Part shown: piece by piece, positions 41,618 to 53,548 of the stretch
Layout: each line of letters begins with the position of its first letter
How positions within the stretch are numbered: the first letter of the stretch is position 1
NCBI GenBank assembly: GCA_030141605.1
Contig: JAQGDQ010000922.1
Span: 16,022 to 80,021 of the forward strand
DNA: 64,000 bases
Direction of reading: 5' to 3'
Source of the DNA: Tubiluchus corallicola
Lineage: Eukaryota; Animalia; Priapulida
Translations under genes and position numbers: made by a program
The notes under the pieces: model-generated
Told to the model about the DNA's origin: nothing
Seen by the model: only the letters and a program-made list of their open reading frames with translations
Databases searched by the model: none

Positions 41618-41736
41618 AACACCATAATTTTCATCTCATATCCTACTTTCACGGTCCGCTCCATAACATTATCAGTTTTAAAGACTTTCATACTAGTTTA
41701 CAAGTTCAGAATTTATCTAATGTTAAAAGAAGGCAA

Positions 41737-43057
41737 GAATACACACACAAAACAGTTTTAGCGATGCTGTTCCTATGATAAAACCATTATATAATCTCAT
41801 TTCAACACACATGTAATGTCTCTTCCTATGAGTTGCTAAAGAATACACACACAAAACAGTTTTAGCGATGCAGTTCCTAAGATAAAACCATTATATAATC
41901 TCATTTCAACACACATGTAATGTCTCTTCCTATGAGTTGCTAAAGAATACACACACAAAACAGTTTTAGCGATGCAGTTCCTAAGATAAAACCATTATAT
42001 AATCTCATATCAACACACATGTAATGTCTGTTCCTATGAGTTGCTAAGGAATACACAAACAAAACAGTTTTAGCGATGCAGTTCCTATGATAAAACCATT
42101 ATATAATCTCATATCAACACACATGTAATGTCTCTTCCTATGAGTTGCTAAGGAATACACACACAAAACAGTTTTAGCGATGCTGTTCCTATGATAAAAC
42201 CATTATATGATCTCATATCAACACACATGTAATGTCTCTTCCTATGAGTTGCTAAGGAATACACACACAAAACAGTTTTAGCGATGCAGTTCCTAAGATA
42301 AAACCTTTATATAATCTCATATCAACACACATGTAATGTCTCTTCCTATGAGTTGCTAAGGAATACACACACAAAACAGTTTTAGCGATGCTGTTCCTAT
42401 GATAAAACCATTATATGATCTCATATCAACACACATGTAATGTCTCTTCCTATGAGTTGCTAAGGAATACACACACAAAACAGTTTTAGCGATGCTGTTC
42501 CTATGATAAAACCATTATATGATCTCATATCAACACACATGTAATGTCTCTTCCTATGAGTTGCTAAGGAATACACACACAAAACAGTTTTAGCGATGCT
42601 GTTCCTATGATAAAACCATTATATAATCTCATATCAACACACATGTAATGTCTGTTCCTATGAGTTGCTAAGGAATACACAAACAAAACAGTTTTAGCGA
42701 TGCAGTTCCTATGATAAAACCATTATATAATCTCATATCAACACACATGTAATGTCTGTTCCTATGAGTTGCTAAGGAATACACAAACAAAACAGTTTTA
42801 GCGATGCAGTTCCTATGATAAAACCATTATATAATCTCATACTAACACACATGTAATGTCTGTTCCTATGAGTTGCTAAGGAATACACACACAAAACAGT
42901 TTTAGCGATGCAGTTCCTATGATAAAACCATTATATAATCTCATATCAACACACATGTAATGTCTGTTCCTATGAGTTGCTAAGGAATACACAAACAAAA
43001 CAGTTTTAGCGATGCAGTTCCTATGATAAAACCATTATATAATCTCATACTAACACA
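41737..43057. repeat. 104-bp minisatellite (~12.7 copies)
   Basis: Period 104 (41737, 41841, 41945, 42049). Confidence 0.96.
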
Positions 43058-44109
43058 TCAAGGGTCTCTTATACATGGGAAAATACGGTAACTTGCTTGT
43101 TGAAAAACAGGTGTGGAGAAGGGTAGAGCAACTTGGTTATGATGTGTTTAATGTTGATGTAAAACTATCAAAATAGAATGAGAGACGATGAAGCTAATGA
43201 AAGAGAAAAATGAGAGCAAAAGTGTTAAGGGTCATTTATATCATATTATTAATTATGATATAAATTAATAAATGTCAAATAATTCTATGTATCAGGGATG
43301 AGAATGACAAATTGCAAAAAAAACTGTGAAACAGGCTGGGGGTTTTGGGGCCACCTAGACCCCCAATGGGGTTCGCCCCATTGAACCCCCTTGGAGCCAG
43401 CAACATATTGCAATTTTGTGACCATAGAGAACCTCTAAGTGGACTTAAAATATCAGTTACCTTGTTTCATGCATAATTTAAAATACCCGACTATCAAGGA
43501 TACATGATACCTAATTGTCTCAAAAACGCCAAACTACTGGCCGCTCCTATGCAAAAGTATATAAAAACCGTCTACAATTGACTCAAATAACTCCGCACAA
43601 TTGATTCTATATTTTTATACATAGAGATATACACGTGGTTACACTGATGTACGAGATGTAAACAAAGTGACGGCCTGCCAACTAGCGGTCAGCTTGTGAA
43701 ATAATGTACTGGGTCCGTAAAAATTTTCTCAACGAATTTACGCGATTTACAAAAATGGCACTACTGGTCTTCCAGAAACTCGGAATTCCGCGTATCCGCG
43801 GAAAATTCTCGTGCCTGATGTAAATTATAAGACAAAGGTGAACTAAAATGATATAAAGGTCATAAAAGCTTATTAGTCACACGAAAATGTCTTATTGAAG
43901 CATGTGAAGCAAAAATATTGAGGCAATTTTGTGGAGTTATTTGAGTCGATTAAGCAACTGAGTCTATTAACAGCGAGTCTTCTAAACAGCGCCTATGCAA
44001 CTATGTCTATGATGTAAAAATAAGGGAATTATGCTCTTCTCTTTCCAGGAGAAACAGCAGAGAGAATACGATAGCCTTTTAGCGAATGACTGTGAAACAG
44101 ACGGATGGA

Positions 44110-44630
44110 CGAATAAATAAATAAATAAATAAGTAGACAAATAAAGAAAAAAATAAGTAAACAAGTAAATAAGTAAACAAACAAACAAATAAATAAATAA
44201 AAACTTAAGTAAACAAGTAAATAAGTAGACAAATAAACAAATAAATAAGTAAACAAGTAAATAAGCAGACAAATAAATAAATAAATAATAAAGTAAACAA
44301 GTAAATAAATAGACAAATAAAGAAATAATTAAGTGAAATAGTAAATAAGTAAACAATCAAACAAATAAATAAAAAATGAAGTAAACAAGTAAATAAATAG
44401 ACAAATAAATGAGTAAACAAGTAAATAAGTAGACAAATAAAGAAATAATTAAGTGAACAAGTAAATAAGTAAACAATTAAACAAATAAATAAATAAAAAA
44501 TGAAGTAAACAAGTAAATAAGTAGACAAATAAAGAAATAATTAAGTGAAGAAGTAAATAACTAAACAATCAAACAAATAAATAAATAAAAAATGAAGTAA
44601 ACAAGTAAATAAATAAATGAATAAATAAAC
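44110..44630. repeat. Degenerate (AAAT/AAGT/AAAC)n tract
   Basis: Direct inspection. Confidence 0.85.
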
Positions 44631-44663
44631 AGTGCCTACTCTACTCTTGATCCTAGAACTCAC

Positions 44664-46312
44664 CAGCTTTTGCTGCTCACACAATTCTCTGCACAGAACT
44701 TGCAATTCTTGATCACACTGCCGAATGCTGTGAAGAAGTTTGTCCCTTAACGACTCCTCCTCGCGCGTCATCTCTTCCAGAAGATTCTAGAAGAAGAGGA
44801 GCATTCAGTGCTGATAGCTTGAATTATCTAATCCATAATTTTTTTATTAAAAAAAAGATGTTCGAACATTGAACTAGAACATTTAAAGGACAAGAAAATC
44901 TCCTTGTAAAATTATATTACCTTACAACACTTTTATGCACTTATTGTATATTATGCACAACGTAAATCAGGGAAAGAAAAGGAAATGTTAAACCTTGTCC
45001 GAAAAAAACTTTCCCTGTAAATCAATGATACTTAGCATAACAATTTAAAATGTTCACGCCAATTGATAAAATGTTGCTGGCTCGCTCTCCAGTGTGCACC
45101 ACTCACTAACCAAAAACATATTTTTAATCTTAATGACGATATACAGTGATTTAAAATTTTACTTAGTTAGTGACGAGTGCACTACGAATGCTCTGATTAC
45201 TTTTTCAAACTTTACCCAATGTTATCAAGACTTGTTTTAAGCGACCTACCATCGAAATGCCTGCGCCTAACCGTCATAGTGGGAATTTAAATTTACAAGT
45301 TTTATACAGAGTTACTGCCGATGCAAGCCCTGCATGCAAAAAGGCAGTATGTAAGTGGTATAAAATATCAAGACAATTTTTTTAAGTTTCATGTAAGTGG
45401 AGGGTTTTCTTGTGCTTTAATGCTCACTTCTAAGAATGATAGTTTACATATATAATAGAACTTTATGTAAAATCAAAGCTGCATACCTGTAGATGCTGCA
45501 CAACCACAGCTGTGCGTTCCTGACGCTGATTCTCTTGTATACCGATCTCATTCCATATTAGTTGTAGCCGTGTCAGCGTTTTCTCCAAACAAGCCGTCAC
45601 CTCTGCTTGAATGCTGGTAGTATGACAGAAAACAAACACTGATCAATATAATAGACACCAAGCCTGCTAAACAATTCCAGAGAAAATAAAGTACATGTAT
45701 GTATGTATATATATACAACAAAACATACTGTGAGATGTGCTGTAACTTGTTCAATTTTAATATTATCAGTGCATTTTCACACATGATACAAAATCTTACT
45801 ACAGTATAGTTTAATTTTTATAGGCTTATACTACGGTTTACTTCTTTTTCCTACTAACATTCTACTTTATCAAGAAATTACGGATTAGTCTGGAAGATAA
45901 AATATGAACCTGTCGATGTCTCATATTTTTCATTTTATTTCTTTGTTGCATAGCTTACTTAGTTATTTCGCTTTCATGTTTAATGTATCCCCCTATAAAT
46001 TCATGTTAACAGCAGCACCACAATTTTTTTACAATTTTCACTAACCTGAGAAGGGTAGCTGACACGATGACCAATTGGTCTTTCGCTACTCTTTCTCCTG
46101 CACCCCCTTAACTCTTTCCTTTATGCCTAATTTATCCTTTTTAATCAATAACTAAAAAAATAATAGTCAATTTGTATACAGGTGTAAACGAGGAGATAAA
46201 TAAAAATGTCTATGTCTATGTGGAGATCGAGTCTCTCAACTAGTAAAAATGATTAAATTGGAGATTAAAAAAGCTAAATCACACACTACCTTTGATTCCG
46301 AATATTAAACAT
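44664..46312 (-). CDS. PRC1: PRC1 (protein regulator of cytokinesis 1, MAP65/Ase1 family), first three exons only
   Basis: Exons 46312-46290 (MFNIRNQ), 45613-45487 (SIQAEVTACLEKTLTRLQLIWNEIGIQENQRQERTAVVVQHLQ), 44786-44664 (NLLEEMTREEESLRDKLLHSIRQCDQELQVLCRELC). These match the PRC1 N-terminus (L..IW..IG...QR..R; M..EEE.L...L...I..C..EL..LC.EL). Confidence 0.85.
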
Positions 46313-46421
46313 TTCGCCCAATGTCGTATAACCATAAGTATAAAAACATCAAAAATAGCTTAGCATAGTACGTTCACTGAACAGCAAATCCGAAAGATTG
46401 CCGATTTTAATATTACATGGA

Positions 46422-46459
46422 TTTAAACCCGCCGATTTTACTAGACCGATTTTGATTGG
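46422..46459 (-). promoter_or_regulatory. Putative G2/M promoter: CCAAT box plus GGCGGG-TTTAAA (CDE/CHR-like)
   Basis: Minus strand CCAAT 46459-46455 and ggcgggtttaaa 46433-46422, ~110-150 bp upstream of the PRC1 ATG. Confidence 0.5.
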
Positions 46460-48579
46460 TCAAAGCTTTCAAGAGTAAGATGATGACGAAATCCCACAAC
46501 ACACGATGAGCACAGCGGAAGTCTACATTGATCTTGATATGTAACTTGTGTAAAGACCTGATAAAGACGACGATGATGATATTAATAATAATATTGACAA
46601 TAAAAAAGGTGATTATGATAGTAATAATATTATAATATTAATTTTATTGTTATCATTATTTTTGTAATAATAGTAGAAAATTTTTTAATTGTTTGACCAT
46701 ATTTTAAACTTCATTTTTAAACAAAACTATCAATTTATAAATGTGTTTTAAACAAAGCGTAACACTCTCAGTTTCAAATTTTTGTGTTTTCCAGCGACAG
46801 CTTACCAATTGGCACATTTTAAATTATTAGTCTAGTTACGTAAGTCTTTCCAGGAGGTAAATAAAATGCTAAGTAATATAGATTTGCACGGAAAGTTTCT
46901 TGTGTCATAATTTAACATTGCTTTCTTCCCCTGATTTACGTGGTGCAGTGACGTCACGTAATGGCGACTTCAGAACAGTATTGCGGGAGATTTAAAATGA
47001 AAACAAACGAAGATTCCTTTCAACGCGAGTGCAATATGTGCATAAAATTGCCGTAAAATAGTATAATTTTTTGAGACGATTTTTCTGAAACCTACTCCAG
47101 GTGCCACTTTTCTTGTTCTTTAGGCAGTAGCGATCTGTATAAGCTCATAACATTTCAGAATGTATTGTTGGTAAGCACCTCTGCATCTGCGGAATGAATG
47201 TTTAGGATAAAGAACACATACTGTGTGACAGTGAACATTTTAGAGAATTGAACTATTACAGTTTTTATAACAGCTTGGACCAACATAATCAGATGCACTT
47301 TCTTTATGAGCGTCTTAACATTTTCATGTGATCATATTTTTTGTTATAACTAACCCCACTTGCAATTTTTGAAATTATTTGTAACTGTTTTGAATGGACT
47401 CATATCATTCAATAAATTTACTATGACGACGACAACTACTACTAATTCAATTCTATTAAATTTTATTTTCTCAATAGCAGTTAAAATTCGGCATAATTAT
47501 TTTTACATTTCATTGCAACTGAGGAGCAGTGAAAGACCTATTGGTCACTTGGTCAGCTGCCCCTTATTAAAAATACAGGTTTACTTACAGGCTTATGACA
47601 TTTTTTAGGTGTTTGTATATATATTTGGTTGACCATTCAACTGTTTTTTGTTTTTTGCCGGACTTTGAAATTAATGCTCAAATTGTGCATTTTCTGTTAT
47701 GTTAAAAATCTTAAGTTATTTTTATTTTGTTTGCTTCGCATATTCACAGTATTTTAGACTTTGGGTTATTTAAATTATTATGTTCTACAGTACTGCATTT
47801 CCCATCATTTAATTGCCAATTACACACGTCAACAGAATTCAAATTTATATTGAGAACGATGCCAAAATTAGTTTTGTTTAATCCTAGCTATTTAAAGATG
47901 GCTGACTAGATAACCTACGGGTTCTTCGCTGCCCTTCTCCTTTGTTACATAATATTGCATGTATTCCTAATACTGTTTTTTGATAATTATTGCGGAGTTA
48001 ATAAATTGAATTGAAGTGCACAAACCTTACTAACATACCTCTTCTTTTTACATTATATAGACATTAAGTAAATGAAGGTCTTACTAACATAACTCTTCTT
48101 TTTACATTATATAGACATTAAGTAAATGAAGGTTTATATTGTGCTATGAGTCTTATCATTTCCAGTTAATAAATACAGCTTTTAAACAATGTTATTGTTG
48201 TTGTTGGCATCCTTCTGTCTCGGAAGACAATGGAATGTGCGCCAAGAGAGTCAGTTATGGATCACATTGATGGAGCTGCAGTGTCGAAAGTGGCTGACAC
48301 AATTTTAACACAATGAATGTGTGACTAATGCAGATTGTCTGGATCACATCAACACAAGTCGTGTATGTTTAAAATAGTAACTATAGACCACAAATTGCGT
48401 TAGCCAATACGCTACAGCACTTCCACTGAATTTCTAGAAACAAACAAATTAGTTTCAATGCTAAACGAACAGCAAAATCGATAATGATCCAGCTGTGGAA
48501 CATACTGGCTGTAGAATGCATTGTTTATCTTTGCATCAGATTTACGTCACAAAAAATAATATGAAGAATCTATGCATTA

Positions 48580-49060
48580 TATAGTGCACGAAACGCATTG
48601 GAAAGTAGTATGTATTCTTTGCATTTGCGCCACATTTATACATGTCACATATTGCTATAGCTACTATACAGTCCAGTAATTACATCTTTTACACGCTGGC
48701 AAGTAGTATGTATTCCTTGTATTTGCACCAAATTTATACATGTCACATATTGCTATAGCTACTATACAGTCAAGTAATTACATCTTTTAGACAGCGCAAT
48801 GTATTCTTTTTATTTGCGCTACATTTATACATGTCACATATTGCTATAGCTACTATACAGTCGAGTAATTACATCTTTTACACAGCGCAATGTATTCTTT
48901 GTATTTGCGCCACATTTATACATGTCACGTATTGCTATAGCTATTATACAGTCGAGTAATTACATCTTTTACACGCTGGTAAGTAGTATGTATTCTTTGT
49001 ATTTGCGCCACATTGCTATGGCTACTATATAGACGAGTAATTACATCTTTTACACAGTGC
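48580..49060. repeat. Degenerate ~90-100-bp tandem repeat (~5 copies)
   Basis: Recurrent atgtattctttgtatttgcgccacatttatacatgtcacatattgctatagctactatacag. Confidence 0.8.
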
Positions 49061-49226
49061 AGCTGTGATTCTATAGTATAGATCATCTTCCTTTTGTCAC
49101 ACCAAGTTGCACATACGTAATGATACAGCCTAACTTTACCAACTGAAGTCAAAGTTACAGCATTTTTGTGAAATTTCTATGAATAAGTGCCAGAATGACA
49201 GCATAAATGCTAAACAAAGAACAAAA

Positions 49227-50748
49227 TACAGTCAACCTCGGCTATAAGGTACTCGCTTATAAGGGACCACCAGCACCGGTCCCGATTTTTTGTAACGTTT
49301 TTCGTACGTAAAAATCTTTGTATATAAGGTACTCGCTTATAAGGGACACTAACTTATAAGGGACCACCAGCACTGGTCCCGATTTTTTGTAACGTTTTTC
49401 CTACGTAAAAATCTTCGTATATAAGGTACTCGCTTATAAGGGACACTAACTTATAAGGGACCACCAGCACCGGTCCCGATTTTTTGTAGCGTTTTTCCTA
49501 CGTAAAAATCTTCGTATATAAGGTACATTTAGCAAAATAAACACAGCTGGTAAATAAACAAATAAACAATGTACTACATGTATACAAAAATATGAAACTC
49601 AATTTGCTTACAGTGAAAACAACAATTTAACAAAAAGTCTGGCAGCAGGAATTGAAGAGCTGTATTCGGCATTCTACGCAATCATAGCACAGTCAACCTT
49701 GGGTATAAGGTACTCGCTTATAAGGGACACTATCTTATAAGGGACCACCAGCACCAGTCCGGATTTTTTGTATTGTTTTTCCTACGTAAAAATCTTCGTG
49801 TATAAGGTACTCGCTCATAAGGGACCACCAGCACCGGTCCCTCCCGATTTTTTGTAAAGTTTTTCCTATGTAAAAATATTCGTATGTAAGATGCTTGGAT
49901 ATAAGGGAGTTTCGGTTATAAGGGACGATATCTTCAGGTCTCGTGTAATAGAAATCCAGGTAAATTACCTTACACATAAGGGAGCCTAAGATCAAAGCGA
50001 AATAGATCGATTTTTAACCTCAATTTTTCGCAAACTCGACCTTCTAACAGCTCGGTTTGCGCGCTTACATACATCTCACATCACCGAAGGACATTCCTAC
50101 ATACCGTTTGCACTGAATGTGTAGGAATAATCCAGAAAAAATATGGGTAAAAGTACAATAAAGTAGTTCTAGATACACCCTCGGTCTGACTCAACTTCGG
50201 TTATAAGTGACATCAGATATAAGGGATGGTTTTTTCCGGTCCCAAGGTGTCCCTTATATCCGAGGTTGACTGTATTTGTGTTTTTGCAGTGAAGCTTGCT
50301 AATATGGGTAAAAGTACAGAAAAATACGGGTCTAGATACACCCTCGGTCTGACTCAACTTCGGTTATAAGGCACACATGATATAAGGGATGGTTTTTTCC
50401 AGTCCAGAGGTGTCTCTTATATCCGAGGTTGACTGTATTTATGTTTTTGCAGTGAAGCTTGCTAATATGGGTAAAAGTACAGAAAAATACGGGTCTAGAT
50501 ACACCCTCGGTCAGACTCAACTTCGGTTATAAGGCACACATGATATAAGGGATGGTTTTTTCCGGTCCGGAGGTGTCCCTTATATCCGAGGTTGACTGTA
50601 TTTATGTTTTTGCAGTGAAGCTTGCTAATATGGGTAAAAGTACAGAAAAATACGGGTCTAGATACACCCTCGGTCAGACTCAACTTCGGTTATAAGGGAC
50701 ATCGGATATAAGGGACAGTTTTTTCAGTTACATCCGAGGTTGACTGTA
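49227..50748. mobile_element. Tc1/mariner-pogo-like MITE (TA|cagtcaacctcgg..ataagg ... ccgaggttgactg|TA) with duplicated ends
   Basis: Left ends at 49229 and ~49690; right end repeated with 163-bp period (50173, 50336, 50499, 50662). Confidence 0.8.
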
Positions 50749-50950
50749 TTGATAATGATCCAAGAAAAATATTGATTATAAGTGTGTACAGCGTGTATCG
50801 AATGTTTCTACATCAAATTCACGAAACTCTACCAACGTGAAAACCATTTTCAATGTATACAACTTGTGTTCTTGTTTCCCGCACTGAACAACAAATAATG
50901 AAACAAGTTGTCGTCCCCGCGCACAAGCAAGAAAGTTGCAAAAACTTCAA

Positions 50951-53548
50951 TTATATACACCAGTCATCATCCTTTTGCACATTATTATCATTTTGCAAGT
51001 TGGCAAGAATGCCAGAGAGGCTGAAGCTTGGACCTGCTGCTATCACTTTTGGCTTCTTTAGCTGCTTTGGAGGCGGTATTACCGGCTGCGGCGCAACGGA
51101 TTTCCTCTTCGACGGGAGGATGATCTTTGTCGGCTTTTCGGACAACTCCGCAACGTCGTGCAGCCTCCGAGGAAGAACCGAGTAGATACCGGTCTTGCGT
51201 TCCTCCTCTCCCTGCGAAGCAGAAGAAGTAGATGAGGAGGAATGATCTGCCCGACTTTTATCTGAAGAAGAACACGAGCTACGATCTTGAGATTGCTCAT
51301 CGGGCAACGCTGCACTCTTGGCTGTGTATAATTCAGCTCTTACGGGACTTTTAGTAAGGTCTATTGTGTTTGAATCACTTTCCTCGTCGGATGAAGTATT
51401 GGCAAGCAGTTCATCATATTCGGATATCGCCTCGCACGTCTTGTCTCTGTCGAAACCTTGTTCAAATGATTTTTGCCACTCCTGCTCGTCTCGTATTTTC
51501 TCCACCATCTTTCCGATGACGTTCCGCACCGCTTTCCGCTTGTCCTTACCCTTGTTTTCCGCTTCTTCCTTGAGGAACGCTTTTAACGCTTGCCGTCCCA
51601 CGTCGGTTAGCGGATCGTGCGAGAACTTGCAAGTGTCTCCTTGGGCGCACGTCAGCCCGGCGTGAAAGAACTTGCACGGGAACGTTTCGTGCATGTACGG
51701 ACATCGTTCGCCCACGACGCAGATGGATTTCACGTACGCCCTGCACACCGTCATCTTCTTCTCCGGCATTTTGACGTGACGCATCGGACATTTCTTGCGA
51801 CCGAGCGGGCACTTATTCTTCTGATATAAAGGACATATCTTTTCGCCCCAAATGGACAAGTCTATTTGTTCTGCTTCAAATCCTGCCGACGACTGACCGC
51901 GATTACTCTCACCGGAAAGAGGGACCATTTCTGCCGAGTTGTCATAAATGTCCGGTTCATCGCGTGGATCCACCCAACCGGGCTCTCCTGGACGAAACTC
52001 GTCTGTTTGATCGGGAAATGGGTCAAGCATTTTTTGATTAAGTCCTAATCCGTCGCTGCCAAAATTTGCACCTCCATACATTGCTCCCACCGTATGATGT
52101 TGTGGTCCATACAAAGGGTGTTGTGGTTTATAGAAAGGCCGCCGTGGGCCATGTAAAGGCTGTTGCGGACCATGTAAAGACTGCCGTGGACCATGTAAAG
52201 GCCCTTGTGGACCATGCAAAGGCTGTTGTGGACCTCGCAAAGGCCGTTGAGGTACGTAGAATGGCCGTTGCGGCCCGTGCAATGATTCTCCAAAGCCAGG
52301 CAAGTTTTTGCCGGTATCGAGAACTTTTTTGGTCGAATTGCCTCTGTCTTTTGAACGCTTTCCGCTTTTTTCCTTTTCCTTGCGATCGGCATCTGCCATC
52401 CGTTGCTGCCAAGCGAAATATTTCTTCCAAGCTTTCCAGTACGGATCGTCCTGGGGTAATTCTCGTTTTAGTTCGTTCCAATAAGGGTCGCTCAGAGGCG
52501 GAGGGAGGGCGCTGTGACTTTCCGACTTGAGTTTCTGCGTTTCGATTCCGTGCGTTCTGAAAAAATTTCTCCACGCCTGCCAATACGGATCACTCGGAGG
52601 AAGAATCTTTTTCAAGTCATTCCAGTACGGATCGTCTAGTGGCGGAGGAATTTTGAAGGAGCCTCTGTCGGCTTGAACCTGTTCAAAATTTTGCCAGTGT
52701 TTGTGTCGCGTGTTCCAGTAGGGGTCGCTAGGTGGCAGCTGTCTATTCAGCTCTGACCAATACGGTACGCCAGAAGAGGGCCACGAGGTCATCCTCGGGT
52801 CAAGCGTGTTCCAATTCCACGTCTGATTAACGACAGCATTTGCTGAGCTGCTGTCAGGATAGCCCACGACACGTGTCACGTTATTGTCACCTTTATTTTC
52901 AACGGACTCCACCTTCTTTTCTAGGGCGGTGACCTTGGCTTGTAGACCAGCAATGATTTGGGCGGCCGGACCAGATATTTCTACACCATCATCAACTTTT
53001 AATGCAGGCGAAGAGGTGACATCTCCGTCGTCACTTTGATCAACAAGAACAGCTTCAGTTTCTTGAGAAGTCTGCTGTTTTTTATCCTCACATTCGTCTT
53101 CAAAATCGGCAAACCTTCTTTCGTTTTGAATTTCGCTTTCGACGCTTTGAATTTCATTGACTATTTCAATCACTTCTTTATCCAGGTGATCTGTTGGTTC
53201 ACCTCTTGCAGTCAGAACTGCCCTGCTTTCCAGAAGTGCTGCTTTCCTGGACTCAAGTGCTTCCAGTCGGATCTTCTTCTTGCGTAACTGGAAACGGTGT
53301 CGCCTTCCCTTCCGTTTCTCCTTCGCCGTGTTCAGCCTCTGTTCCTTCTCCTCCTCTTGGAATTTGTGTATAAGACCATCTAGATCTTTTATAATGAAAA
53401 CTTTCTGTTCGTCGGTTTCGTTATTATCAGTTGCGCTTCGTTCGTCGTCTATTTCACCCGATTCCAGATCGTCGTTTTCATCATTGGCGATGCTATCACT
53501 GTCACAGTCCATGTCTTTCGTGGATAGGTCATCTTTGTCTGTAGCCAT
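50951..53548 (-). CDS. Triple CCCH zinc-finger protein, ZC3H4/ZC3H6/ZC3H8 (su(sable))-like, >=865 aa
   Basis: CPLYQKNKCPLGRKKCPMRH, CRAYVKSICVVGERCPYMH-ETFP-CKFFHAGLTCAQGDTCKFSHDPLT; N-terminal DDLESGEIDD. The frame stays open up to an acceptor at 53601, so an upstream coding exon is possible. Confidence 0.88.
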   Translation of the reverse strand: MATDKDDLSTKDMDCDSDSIANDENDDLESGEIDDERSATDNNETDEQKVFIIKDLDGLIHKFQEEEKEQRLNTAKEKRKGRRHRFQLRKKKIRLEALESRKAALLESRAVLTARGEPTDHLDKEVIEIVNEIQSVESEIQNERRFADFEDECEDKKQQTSQETEAVLVDQSDDGDVTSSPALKVDDGVEISGPAAQIIAGLQAKVTALEKKVESVENKGDNNVTRVVGYPDSSSANAVVNQTWNWNTLDPRMTSWPSSGVPYWSELNRQLPPSDPYWNTRHKHWQNFEQVQADRGSFKIPPPLDDPYWNDLKKILPPSDPYWQAWRNFFRTHGIETQKLKSESHSALPPPLSDPYWNELKRELPQDDPYWKAWKKYFAWQQRMADADRKEKEKSGKRSKDRGNSTKKVLDTGKNLPGFGESLHGPQRPFYVPQRPLRGPQQPLHGPQGPLHGPRQSLHGPQQPLHGPRRPFYKPQHPLYGPQHHTVGAMYGGANFGSDGLGLNQKMLDPFPDQTDEFRPGEPGWVDPRDEPDIYDNSAEMVPLSGESNRGQSSAGFEAEQIDLSIWGEKICPLYQKNKCPLGRKKCPMRHVKMPEKKMTVCRAYVKSICVVGERCPYMHETFPCKFFHAGLTCAQGDTCKFSHDPLTDVGRQALKAFLKEEAENKGKDKRKAVRNVIGKMVEKIRDEQEWQKSFEQGFDRDKTCEAISEYDELLANTSSDEESDSNTIDLTKSPVRAELYTAKSAALPDEQSQDRSSCSSSDKSRADHSSSSTSSASQGEEERKTGIYSVLPRRLHDVAELSEKPTKIILPSKRKSVAPQPVIPPPKQLKKPKVIAAGPSFSLSGILANLQNDNNVQKDDDWCI

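Noticed and set aside
50169-50683. Three near-identical 62-aa ORFs
   Set aside because: Products of the 163-bp tandem repeat of a MITE end.
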